Assembly (NCBI GenBank): GCA_963666055.2
Contig: CAXWPH010000013.1
Location: forward strand, 1-64,000
Direction: 5' to 3'
Source of the DNA: Acidobacteriota bacterium
GTDB taxonomy: Bacteria > Acidobacteriota > UBA890 > WLXD01
DNA: 64,000 nt
The notes below the pieces were generated by a model. That model saw nothing but the letters and a program-made list of their open reading frames with translations. It was not told the origin of the DNA and ran no database searches. Below are positions 31,424 through 40,786 of the stretch, one piece after another (within the stretch, counting starts at the first letter, position 1; every line of letters begins with the position of its first letter). The position numbers and the translations under genes were made by a program.

Positions 31424-32953
31424 GTGGGGAGAAGCAACCTGAGCGCCAGCAAACGCTCCATGCCGCACGACCCGCAGGCCGAGGAGGCAATCCTCGGCAG
31501 CATCCTGCTCGAAAACGGCGCGTTCGTCGCCGCCGTTGGTGCGGGTCTGACCGGCGACGACTTCTTCGGCGACGGTAGCCTCTCGATCTGGGAGGCGATG
31601 CTGGCGCTCTACCAGCGCGATGAGCCCATCGACAACATCACGCTACGTGCCGAGCTGGATCGACGGGGTGATCTTGAACGAGTCGGTGGCCAGGCGCGCA
31701 TCTCGTCCCTGATCGATGGCTTGCCGGCAGTAGCGAACGTGGCCGACTACGTCCGCATCGTAAAAAACCATGCGGTGTGCCGGCATCTGGCACGAGTGTG
31801 TTTCGAGACGGGGACGAAGGCGCTCGAAGGCGGGCAAGACCCTGCTGGCCTCGGCGCGCGGCTTCGTGGTCATTTAGACGCCATCGCCGTTGTGGGTGAT
31901 TGGCGGTCAGATCTGGAGATTTGCTCGCTCGCGTCGATCCTCGAAGACCCCGAGGCGCTGTGCGGCCCGAGCGTGGTCGTTCCTCGGCTCGCGTGGGCGG
32001 GTCGCGTGACGCTGCTGGCAGCACGGGAGAAGGAAGGCAAATCCACGTTGGTGTCGGGAGCGGCCTCCGCTGTCACGAATGGCGCGTTCTGGCTCGATGC
32101 CGTGGCACCGAGAGGGAAGGTGATGTGGATCTGCGTGGAGGAGCACAAGAACGACCTGGGCAAACGTCTCGAAGAGTTCGGCGCGGATCCTCAGATCGAC
32201 GTGGTCAGCGTGAAACATGGGGCGCGAGATCCTCTCGCCGCCATCCACTCGGCAGTCGCGGAGCGTCGGCCAGCGCTGGTAATCATCGACACGCTCTCGA
32301 CTTTGGTGGCGCATTGCGCCGACAGCCCTGACCCCGGTAACTCGGCCGCGTGGGTAGCGATCATGTCGGCGCTCACCCGGATCGCCAGGGACACGAACGC
32401 TGCGCTTATCCTGATCCATCACGCTCGAAAGTCCGACGGCAAGTACCGCGATAGCAGCGCCATTGGCGCTGGTGTAGACGCGATCATCGAGATGTCTGTG
32501 AAAAGCGGCGACGGTAACGCTCGGAACCTCCAAGTCAGAGCACGGTGGCGCGTCGACGACTACTCCATACGCCTCGTCGACCATCGGTACGAACTCATTT
32601 CCGGCCCGCTTGAGGCGAGAGTTCTCCAACACGTCTCCCGGCACCCCGGCTGCTCAATGCGTGCGCTGCGGGAAGCTGTGGGTGGACGCACTGCCGCTAT
32701 CGGTGAGGCAGTAGAGCAGTTGATCGACAACGAGGATCTTGAGAACCGAGGCGACAAGAAGTCCATGCGGCTGCATGCCGTAGGTGGTTCCCAGCCCCGG
32801 AACCACCCCCATGAGGAGGTGGTTCCCGATAGTGGTTCCGCCCTGGTTCCACGGGCAAGTCAGCCGGAACCGGGCGTGGTTCCCCCCCGCCAACCCCTAT
32901 GGGTTGGCAGGGGAACCGCCCCGGCCCCTGACTCCGACGTGATTGAACTATGA
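31424..32953 (+). CDS. DnaB N-terminal domain fused to AAA_25/RepA-like helicase and winged helix
   Basis: 'PHDPQAEEAILGSILL', 'AREKEGKST', 'LVIIDT', 'LIHHARK...RDSSAI'. Confidence 0.8.
   Translation: MGRSNLSASKRSMPHDPQAEEAILGSILLENGAFVAAVGAGLTGDDFFGDGSLSIWEAMLALYQRDEPIDNITLRAELDRRGDLERVGGQARISSLIDGLPAVANVADYVRIVKNHAVCRHLARVCFETGTKALEGGQDPAGLGARLRGHLDAIAVVGDWRSDLEICSLASILEDPEALCGPSVVVPRLAWAGRVTLLAAREKEGKSTLVSGAASAVTNGAFWLDAVAPRGKVMWICVEEHKNDLGKRLEEFGADPQIDVVSVKHGARDPLAAIHSAVAERRPALVIIDTLSTLVAHCADSPDPGNSAAWVAIMSALTRIARDTNAALILIHHARKSDGKYRDSSAIGAGVDAIIEMSVKSGDGNARNLQVRARWRVDDYSIRLVDHRYELISGPLEARVLQHVSRHPGCSMRALREAVGGRTAAIGEAVEQLIDNEDLENRGDKKSMRLHAVGGSQPRNHPHEEVVPDSGSALVPRASQPEPGVVPPRQPLWVGRGTAPAPDSDVIEL
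32786..32917. repeat. Cluster of eight GGTTCC/GGAACC hexamers, putative replication origin
   Basis: Copies at 32786, 32799, 32821, 32834, 32845, 32866, 32878 and 32912, plus GCCAACCC/GGGTTGGC hairpin. Confidence 0.65.
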
Positions 32954-33264
32954 GCCCCACCGAGCTTCTGGAGCAGGTCCGACTCAGTGGGGTTGAGATT
33001 TGGGCGGTGGATGATCGGTTACTGCTCAAGCCTGCCTCGCGGCTCACTCCAGAACTCGTCGACTGTCTTCGCTCCCACAAGCCCGAGCTGCTCGTGGAGA
33101 TCCGCTCGCGTGAGCGTGAACAGGCTGGAGACGTAGGGCCGTGGGCGCTCCGCGGTGTTACCCGTCACTGCTTCTCCTGCGGTGGCGGATTGCAGCCGGA
33201 TGACCTCGATGACGAGGCTTGCTTTAGCTGCCGCTGGCCCGGCGCTTCGCTGAGGGTCCAGTGA
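32950..33264 (+). CDS. Small protein with TubC_N-like N-terminus and CxxC...CxxC
   Basis: 'ELLEQVRLSGVEIWAVDDRL...LTPELVDCLRSHKPELL'. Confidence 0.65.
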   Translation: MSPTELLEQVRLSGVEIWAVDDRLLLKPASRLTPELVDCLRSHKPELLVEIRSREREQAGDVGPWALRGVTRHCFSCGGGLQPDDLDDEACFSCRWPGASLRVQ

Positions 33265-33361
33265 ATATGTCGGCGGTGTGCAGCCTGCTGCTCGTGGTCG
33301 GCGACGACATCGGGCACGAGATCGATTTCGAGGAGATGGCGCCGGCGCGGGGCAGGGTAGC

Positions 33362-33595
33362 GTGACCGAGCCGGCAAAGGTCCTCCGTCACCCTAACTCG
33401 CCGGTGGAGCATCTCGTCGACGCGCAGGCGGTCGCCAACTGGCTCGGTGTGGAAGCGAACACGGTCCAGAAGTGGGCCTCGAAGCGGAAGATTCCACATC
33501 GGAAGATCAACGGCGTGGTCCGATACATGATGTCTGAGGTAGTCTCCTGGGCACTTGAGGATTGCGACAGGCCGGTCAGGGGGGCAGGTCGATGA
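33362..33595 (+). CDS. Excisionase/AlpA-like HTH protein
   Basis: 'LVDAQAVANWLGV...TVQKWASKRKIPHRKINGVVRY'. Confidence 0.85.
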   Translation: MTEPAKVLRHPNSPVEHLVDAQAVANWLGVEANTVQKWASKRKIPHRKINGVVRYMMSEVVSWALEDCDRPVRGAGR

Positions 33596-35031
33596 CGATC
33601 GAACGCTGGCGCACAAAGAAGGACGCCAAGCGTTTCCGTGCACGCCTCGTCCATCAAGGTGCCGTGATCCACGGTCGGGTTCGCAACGCGGAATGGCAGG
33701 CGCTAGAGGACGAGGCAGCGCTGAAGAAGGCCCGCGATCAGGGTACGCTCGGCGACGACTACGGACAGAATCGCATTCCCACGTTTGCTGAGGCGGCCAA
33801 GGAGTATCTCGCGCACTGTGCCGCCCGCGTCGAGCAGGGCGACGAGGCGCCAAGGACGTACGATGCCAAGGCGACCCACCTTGAGCTGGTGTTGCTGCCC
33901 CGGTTCGGACCGCAGCGGCTAGATGAGATCACCGTCGACCAGGTCGAGGTTGTAAAGCGGTGGCTGTACCGCAACAAGTCGGGGCCGACGGCGAACCGCT
34001 ATCTCGCGACCCTCTCGGGCCTGTTCAAGTTCTACCGCAGGCGAGTGACCAGCCCGGTCGCCGGCGTCACGCGGTACGAGGAGAACACGGACGCCTGGCA
34101 GGCTCCGTCGCGGCCGACGGTGGAGCACATCATCGGTGTGGCGAGGCAGAGCGGGTCACGGCATCTGGCGCCCATTGTCCTGCTCTGCTTCGAGATCGCA
34201 GCCCGCATCGATGAGATCCGGCCGCTGCGGTGGGAAGCGATTGACTTCGATTGGTGCGATCGCAGCGGAACCCGTCGGGGGATCATCACCTGGGAGCGCA
34301 CCAAGGCCGGGAAGCGGCAGACGGGGCCGCTGAGTTTACGGGCTCGCGAGGAACTGCTTGAGCAGCGGATGCGGGTCGGTAACAGCGACTGGTGCTTCCC
34401 GAGCCCCGTGCAGGATGCACCGATCTCCTACTTCGCGATCAACGAAGCCTGGCACCGGGTTCTCGTGAAGGCCAGGGTGCCGCCCATGCGTATTCACACG
34501 ATCGTGCCCGAGATCCTCGCAGCGTATCCGGCTTTCTCGCCCGACGGCACACGGGTGGCCTTCCAAGGATGGACCTCTGATGCCGGTTATCGTCTGTATT
34601 CGGCGGCAATCGACGGCGCAGGGACCACGATCATACCGACCCCAGAGGGAAGTCCCGGCAACGCGTCGTGGGCACCCGACGGCAATGCTATCTATTATCA
34701 GCTGGACGATTCGCTCAGCCGCCGGAACATCTGGATGGTCGATCTGGAGAGCGGCGAGTCGCATCAAGTCACGAGCGGAAACGTCGACGATGCCCATCCC
34801 GCCGTGACTCGCGATGGCGAGCTGTTGCTTTTCCTCCGCAACCACCAAGAGATCTACGTCATGCCAACGGCCGGCGGTACGGAGCGGCTCGTTCACTCTT
34901 ACAGCGGATACAACCAACTGATTGAGTTGCCTTCATGGTCGCATGATGACACGTCGATTCTTTTCAGCCTTGCCCGACGGACTGGAGACATATTTGCCAT
35001 CGTCGGGGCCGATACACGCGATCCACCCTGA
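33592..35031 (+). pseudogene. Tyrosine integrase truncated at HxxR (~34497), fused in frame to PD40 beta-propeller repeats
   Basis: 'GPQRLDEIT', 'TANRYLATLS', 'ARIDEI..LRW', 'TKAG', 'MRIH', followed by 'PAFSPDG' and 'SWAPDG'. Confidence 0.85.
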
Positions 35032-35121
35032 GACTCGAACGGCTAATGTCCCGTCGAAGCCTTAACGACTATGGCCAACACCGAAGCTAACCCTTTTGGA
35101 ACAAACATAAGGAGGACTGCC

Positions 35122-35628
35122 GTGCGCAGCGCCGCAGTGTTACTTCTGATCGCGATTGTTGCGGGCTGCTCGCCTGCTGCAGAGGAGCCGGCCGCCGAGG
35201 AGGCAGCCTCGCCCAAAGCCGAGGCCGGCGCCGTCACTGCGCCAGAAGCATCCCTTTATGAGCGGCTCGGCGGTGAAGGTGCGATCGCGGCCGTCGTCGA
35301 CGAGTTCATCGACGTGCTCAGTAGCGATGACGTTCTCAACGCGAATCCCGCGATTAAGGAAGCCCGCGACCGGGCCGACCCAGACGAACTGAAGGCCAGC
35401 GTCACGGCATTGGTGTGCCAGGCGACCGGGGGGCCTCAGGAATACACCGGTCGGTCCATGAAGGAGTCCCATGCAGACATGAACATCAGCGGGACGGAAT
35501 GGGATCAGATGGTCGAGGATTTCATCATGGTCCTCGACGGATTCAACGTGCCGGAGAAAGAACAGAGCGAACTGTTGGAGATCATCGGAAGCACGAAAGC
35601 CGACATCGTCACGCGACCGAATGACTGA
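35122..35628 (+). CDS. Group 1 truncated hemoglobin with lipoprotein signal peptide
   Basis: 'SLYERLGG', 'TGGPQEYTGRSMKESH', lipobox IVAGC, AAGGAGG RBS. Confidence 0.88.
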   Translation: MRSAAVLLLIAIVAGCSPAAEEPAAEEAASPKAEAGAVTAPEASLYERLGGEGAIAAVVDEFIDVLSSDDVLNANPAIKEARDRADPDELKASVTALVCQATGGPQEYTGRSMKESHADMNISGTEWDQMVEDFIMVLDGFNVPEKEQSELLEIIGSTKADIVTRPND

Positions 35629-35667
35629 TGTCGCGTCATACAGCGGGCCAGTAGCTAGAGCAACAGC

Positions 35668-35733
35668 GGCTATGTGACGCTCGTCCTCAACTGGTTCGAC
35701 GAGCTGAAGCGGCTCGTGCCGACGGACCACTAG
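35668..35733 (+). repeat. Orphan kinase-propeller 3' tail ([21 protein letters not shown])
   Basis: Matches tails at 44334, 45145, 45837 and 55930. Confidence 0.9.
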
Positions 35734-35859
35734 CGCCTGTCAAACGGACGAACAGGATCTGCCCCTCGGAGCCCGGGGGTTGGCCAGTTTGGTCGGCGGA
35801 TGGGACAGCGATCTACTATGTAGCCATTCTCCTGGAAAGCTCGGTATGGAGGTCGTCTC

Positions 35860-37509
35860 ATGAAGTTCCACCGTCGCCACTCCCGTGACTTGACCCTGAT
35901 GGGTCTGTCCTTCGTGGCTGCTGTTCTCGGCGCGTCTTCTGCCCTGGCCCAAGAGGGGCAACAGCATGCGACCGACGGCGCTCTCGGGGTGGTCGTGTTT
36001 CCGATCTCATGTGCTCCTGCCGTGCAGGCCGAGTTCAAGCGTGGGGTCGCCCTGCTCCATCACATGATGTACGTCGAGGCTCGGAGTACCTTTCAGGACA
36101 TTGCGAGAACGGATCCCGGGTGCAGCATGGCGCATTGGGGTGTCGCCATGACGCTGTTCCAACCGTTGTGGCCGACCCGGCCGGGGCCAGAAGAGCTCAC
36201 GAGGGGCTGGGAGGCGATCCAGAGAGCAAAGGAACGGGCTCCTGGGAACGACCGGGAGAAGGGCTACATCGCGGCGGTCGAGGACTTCTATCGCGAACCG
36301 GAGAGCACGGATTACTGGGCCAGAATCCGGCGCTTCGAGCAGGGAATGGAGAAGCTGCACGAGTCCTATGGCGATGATCGGGAGGCCGCGGCGTTCTATG
36401 CGCTGTCACATCTGGCGACGGCGCCGCAATCGAGTGATCGACTGGCCCACCATGCGAAGTCTGCGAAGATTCTGCTAAACAACTACGAGGCGGAGCCGAC
36501 TCACCCAGGCGCTCTCCACTACACCATTCACGCGAACGATATCGAGGGTCGACAGCGGGAAACGCTGGACGTGGTCCAGGGCTACGATGACATCGCCCCG
36601 AGCGTTCCTCACGCGCTGCACATGCCGACCCACATCTTCGTAAGGCTCGGCGACTGGGGGGAGGTGATTCGCTGGAACGAGAAGTCGGCGGATGCCGCCT
36701 TGAATTTCCCCGCCGGCGATGCGACTTCGCATCACTACCCGCATGCCCTCGACTACTTGATCTACGCTCACCTGCAACGCGGTGACGACAATCGGGCAAA
36801 GGAGATCCTCGAGGCGCTCGATTCGAGAGACAACTACCAGCAAACGTTCATTAGCGCCTACCATCTGGCGGCGATCCCAGCGCGTTACTTGGTCGAGCAA
36901 CGGCAATGGGCCGAAGCCGCGGCGATACCAGAGCGCACCCCGCGTTCGTTTCCCTGGCAGCTGTTCCCCTGGCCTGAGGCGACCAACCAGTTTGCTCGGG
37001 GTCTCGGAGCAGCACGCTCTGGCGATCTCGCCGGTGCCCGAAGGGCGGCGGCCAGGTTGGCCACATTGAGGGAGACGGCGGAGACGGCGGGTGAGGAGTA
37101 CTTCGCTCAGCAGATTGAGATCGGGCGAATGGCGGTTGCGGCCTGGCTTGCGCACGCTGAAGGCAAGGACGATGAAGCGCTGCGGTTGATGCGATCGTCA
37201 GCCGCGCTGGAGGAGTCAACCGAGAAACATCCGGTCACGCCTGCGGCCATTCAACCAGCATACGAGCTGCTGGGAGACCTGCTGTTGGAACTGGAACGTC
37301 ACACAGACTCACTCGACGCCTACAAGGCTTCCCTCAAAGCGTGGCCGCGCCGCTTCAATAGTTTGTTGGGGGCTGCCCGGGCGGCCGCGGGCGCGGGCGA
37401 TAGGGTGCAGGCGGCCTCGTATTACTCGAAACTCCTGCAGCTGGCCAGCGAAGCGAGCAGCGACAGGCCGGCCCTCGGAGAGGCAGCAGCCTATCTAGGC
37501 GCAAGCTGA
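35860..37509 (+). CDS. Secreted TPR-repeat protein ('PHALHMPTHIF' family)
   Basis: Signal peptide, helical repeats, 'HPGALHYTIHA'. Confidence 0.8.
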   Translation: MKFHRRHSRDLTLMGLSFVAAVLGASSALAQEGQQHATDGALGVVVFPISCAPAVQAEFKRGVALLHHMMYVEARSTFQDIARTDPGCSMAHWGVAMTLFQPLWPTRPGPEELTRGWEAIQRAKERAPGNDREKGYIAAVEDFYREPESTDYWARIRRFEQGMEKLHESYGDDREAAAFYALSHLATAPQSSDRLAHHAKSAKILLNNYEAEPTHPGALHYTIHANDIEGRQRETLDVVQGYDDIAPSVPHALHMPTHIFVRLGDWGEVIRWNEKSADAALNFPAGDATSHHYPHALDYLIYAHLQRGDDNRAKEILEALDSRDNYQQTFISAYHLAAIPARYLVEQRQWAEAAAIPERTPRSFPWQLFPWPEATNQFARGLGAARSGDLAGARRAAARLATLRETAETAGEEYFAQQIEIGRMAVAAWLAHAEGKDDEALRLMRSSAALEESTEKHPVTPAAIQPAYELLGDLLLELERHTDSLDAYKASLKAWPRRFNSLLGAARAAAGAGDRVQAASYYSKLLQLASEASSDRPALGEAAAYLGAS

Positions 37510-37666
37510 AGGGGTCATGTAGTAGCAGAGGAAGGGCGCCCATGTCCCCGCATCTGCGTGGTGCGGAAACAACCAGGGTTGTCGGACTCAAAAATCCGGT
37601 GAAAGCTCGGTGGCACTCGGTCGGGTTGGCATGAGGGCATCGTCTGTGGACCCTCGCGTGCCCCAA

Positions 37667-37769
37667 CGATAGGCTTCAGGCGCTCACCCAACCCCCGTCC
37701 GGTAGCGCCATGGAACCCGGCACCAAACTAGGCCACTTCGAGATCACCGAGCAGCTTGGTGCAGGCGGC
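37667..37769 (+). pseudogene. Kinase leader plus 20-codon 5' stub ([20 protein letters not shown])
   Basis: Leader motif and ATG at 37710; homology ends abruptly. Confidence 0.88.
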
Positions 37770-37996
37770 TGGAGCGGCACCGCGCGTGCCGTGATATATC
37801 CGCCGAGAGCATCCGGTACTTCGACGACAGCGGCATCGCCCGAGTCATCCTGGTAGGGGGCGGCAAGGGGTACCTCGACAAGAGCAGAAACCTCGGTAAC
37901 AGCATGTGCGGCTAGCACGGCCACCAGGGCCGTAAGTACCAATCTCAACTGCCTGTTCCTGCGCTCTAGCCTGTCGAGCCGCTGCTCCCAATCCAT
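37770..37996 (-). pseudogene. Coiled-coil plus TM hypothetical protein, 3' end cut by the kinase stub
   Basis: MDWEQRLDRLERRNRQLRLVL...; resembles 61757-61867. Confidence 0.5.
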
Positions 37997-38272
37997 CGCG
38001 CCCCTCACCGTTCGTAGTGATTTGTTCCACTAGCGTGGGCCGAGCGCGGCGCGCAGACAAGGGCATCCCCGTAAATGTTTGCTCCTGACCAGCTCCAAGG
38101 ACCAGGGGTTGTCTGTCGTCATCGACCCCGAAGCCGTCGGCCGTTTGAGTCGATAGAGATCGCCTACAGGGTGACGGAGCGTTTGACCTGCCCCCTCCCG
38201 CCTCTCGAGAGTTAGGTCCGTGACCTCTGAAAACAGGCCGTTATCGGTCGGTTAGCGAGCCGCTATCGCCAC

Positions 38273-38581
38273 GTGAGGCGCACCGACAGCCGCCTGAGTG
38301 CTTCGGGACGGATCAAAGAATGGAGTCGCTCTACGGGCCACAGAGCCTTTCTTCGTGCAGCCGACCGTAGCCTCTTCTGGACCGGCATCACCGGCCAGCG
38401 GGCGGTGCGGCGCGGTCGTTGGAAGTACCTGCGCGACGGAAGCACAGGGCTGCTGTTCGACCTGCAAGCCGACATCGGCGAACGCAACAACGTGTTCCGT
38501 GACCGCCCGGAGCTCGCGCGCGAGTTGCATGCGGAGCTGAATGCGTGGGTCGAGCTGCTGCCGGAGCCCGAGCGGCAATAA
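38273..38581 (+). pseudogene. Sulfatase C-terminal fragment
   Basis: 'LFW...RAVRRGRWKYL...LFDLQADIGERNNV...PE'; no catalytic N-terminus. Confidence 0.8.
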
Positions 38582-38943
38582 CTCAGGCCGAACGCTCTAC
38601 CCTACGCGCCTCGGTTAGCGATGGGCGACGCCGCAGAACACAGTGCGCCGCGGCCGTCCCAGGTTCCAGAGAGGAAGGATCCGTGGATGCCGACAGCGTC
38701 GGCTACCGATGCGACAGTTTCGAGACATACTCCGGCTCAAACACGAGGCGGTTCCATGAGGGAGCGCATTCGCGCTGGGCCTACTGGCCCACATCCCCCA
38801 CATCCTGAATCGCGTTCATCAACCCCAACTTCTCCCGGCACTATCACAGTCAGCTACATGGATATTGAGTAGTTGGGATTCCTCGTCGGGCAGGTCGTTC
38901 TCCAGCCAGGCGAGAAGGGTGGGCCAGGTGGGGCAGGTATCGG

Positions 38944-39966
38944 TCATTCGTGCCGGGGACGGCACTCGTTGATGAGAATGTCCAGGATCTTGTCCGCTCC
39001 TTGCGGAGTCCGGGGAACGCGATGAGCCACGTTGGGCAGCACATCCACGCGACCCATCGGGGAGTGATTCTCGATCAGCAGGTCGTGATAGGTCAGTCCG
39101 CGCCGGATGTTGGGCTCATCGTTTTCTCCCTGCACGAACCAAACGAACGTCCCCGGGTAGAAATAGTCGCCGTACCCAGAGGCCACGCTCGCCTCTCGGA
39201 GTTGATCGCGGAATGCGTTGTCGCCTTGCGCACAAGGACCAGAACCATCCGGTGGATAGCCGAAACCTTCATCTATTAGCCGGTCCGCTGGGAAGCTATC
39301 GTTCTCGAGTCCAAGGCGCATGACTTCATTGTCCGGATCATCTCGAAGGCAACTGAGGTCGAGGCGGCCCATGGGTGGACCACCGGTGGGCACAACGGCA
39401 TCCAGTACCTGGTCCAAGCCGTAGTGAGTCAACATATAGCTGATTTGCGCCGCGCCGCCTGATTGCCCGGTCGCGCAGTAGGCCAGCTCCGGAAGCTGCT
39501 GGTGGATGTTCTCGTAAACCCAACGAGCCACCGTTGCTGGTCGGCAGGCAAGTCGCGCATGGCCTGCTTCCTCGCCTGGCGAAGCCATTAGCCAGCCATC
39601 AACCCACTGAAGCTGCGCGGTGTGGAACCCCGCTGAACGGAGTCCATCGACGATTCGTTGCCCATGCTGGTAGTTCTCCTCATACAACCTCGTCCCCCCG
39701 CCACCGGACGCGATCAGAACCGTCCCCCTGGCCGGAGGCTCGGTCGGCATCCCGACCTTCACGATGGCCCGTGCGGGTGCGGCGACGTTCGCGCACGTCA
39801 CCTGAATCTCGCAGCCTTCCCCGTCACATGGCACTGACCCGGACATAACCTCGACTTCCCCTGTGGGCCAGGGAACTTGCGGGTTTTGGGTCGGCTCGCT
39901 GACCTGCGCCGAAGCAAGCACGGCAATCAACGCTAGGAAACCCACGGCACTTCGTCGGTAGCTCAC
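38944..39966 (-). CDS. Secreted alpha/beta-hydrolase-like hypothetical protein
   Basis: GGAGG RBS, signal peptide, GQSGG nucleophile-elbow motif. Confidence 0.65.
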   Translation of the reverse strand: MSYRRSAVGFLALIAVLASAQVSEPTQNPQVPWPTGEVEVMSGSVPCDGEGCEIQVTCANVAAPARAIVKVGMPTEPPARGTVLIASGGGGTRLYEENYQHGQRIVDGLRSAGFHTAQLQWVDGWLMASPGEEAGHARLACRPATVARWVYENIHQQLPELAYCATGQSGGAAQISYMLTHYGLDQVLDAVVPTGGPPMGRLDLSCLRDDPDNEVMRLGLENDSFPADRLIDEGFGYPPDGSGPCAQGDNAFRDQLREASVASGYGDYFYPGTFVWFVQGENDEPNIRRGLTYHDLLIENHSPMGRVDVLPNVAHRVPRTPQGADKILDILINECRPRHE

Positions 39967-39990
39967 GGGTACCTCCTCACTTGTTGTCGG

Positions 39991-40622
39991 TCACCGTCCC
40001 GTCGGCACCCGCTGCTTCAGCTCCTCGAACCAGTTGAGCACGACGTGGATCTGCGTGATTGGCTCCGGTTTGGCCCATTGGATCATCACAAAGTCGCCGT
40101 CGGGGGTGATGTCGAAGCTATGCGATCTCAATGGACCATGCGCCGTTGCGAATCGGCCTTGCATCTCGAATAGCCGGCGGGGCTTCCCGGGAGCGAAACC
40201 CGAGTCGTAGTTCACATCAACGACCATCATCGCGCCTCCCCCACTGGTCATGTAGTAGATCGCACGCCCGTCCCTGGACCAGACTGGCCAACCCCCGGAA
40301 TCGGTCGAGATCTGCGTCCTTTCGCCCGGCCCTGGATACGGCTGGACATAGGTGTGCCAGTCGCCTGACTCCAGCGAGTGGTAGACGATCCACTTGCCAT
40401 CCGGTGAGAACATGGCTCCGCTCTCCCAAGCCGTAGAGGCGGACAGATCCAGCGGCCGTCCTCCGTTCTCCAGCGGCAGGAGCCGGATGTTCTCTCCAGT
40501 CTTTGGATGGATCTGTTGGTAGGCGAGGAACTCACCGTCAGTGGAAAGGATTGCGGGTATATGGGGTATTCGGCCTCCAGGAGTTGTCGCGGCGTGCCGC
40601 TGCCATCCGCAGGGCGCATGAG
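39991..40622 (-). pseudogene. Kinase-propeller 3' fragment (last blades plus NWFEELKQRVPTGR*), frameshifted
   Basis: 'FSPDGKWIVY', 'QPYPGPG', 'PVWSRDG' and the conserved tail. Confidence 0.85.
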
Positions 40623-40786
40623 GCGCACGGCTTTCGCCGTTTCTCGTTGACAGGGACCCGTTTGCGGCGGCTCAAGTAGTCGACTCCAGTCGACTGGCGT
40701 CTACTGGAGTGAACCCCCGTCGTGGAGACGTTTTGGAGACGCCTATGTTCAACCCCTCGTGCGTCGCGAGTCGCCGAACTCGCCTG

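Larger units (their letters stand above)
28289..34497. mobile_element. Phage-satellite-like integrative element, boundaries approximate, right end truncated
   Basis: TerS-like gene, helicase with iteron cluster, excisionase-like HTH and tyrosine integrase; no structural genes. Confidence 0.7.

Noticed and set aside
40647-40710. TTGACA plus CCAGTCGACTGG palindrome as a promoter/operator
   Set aside because: It is a single copy with no credible downstream gene on that strand.
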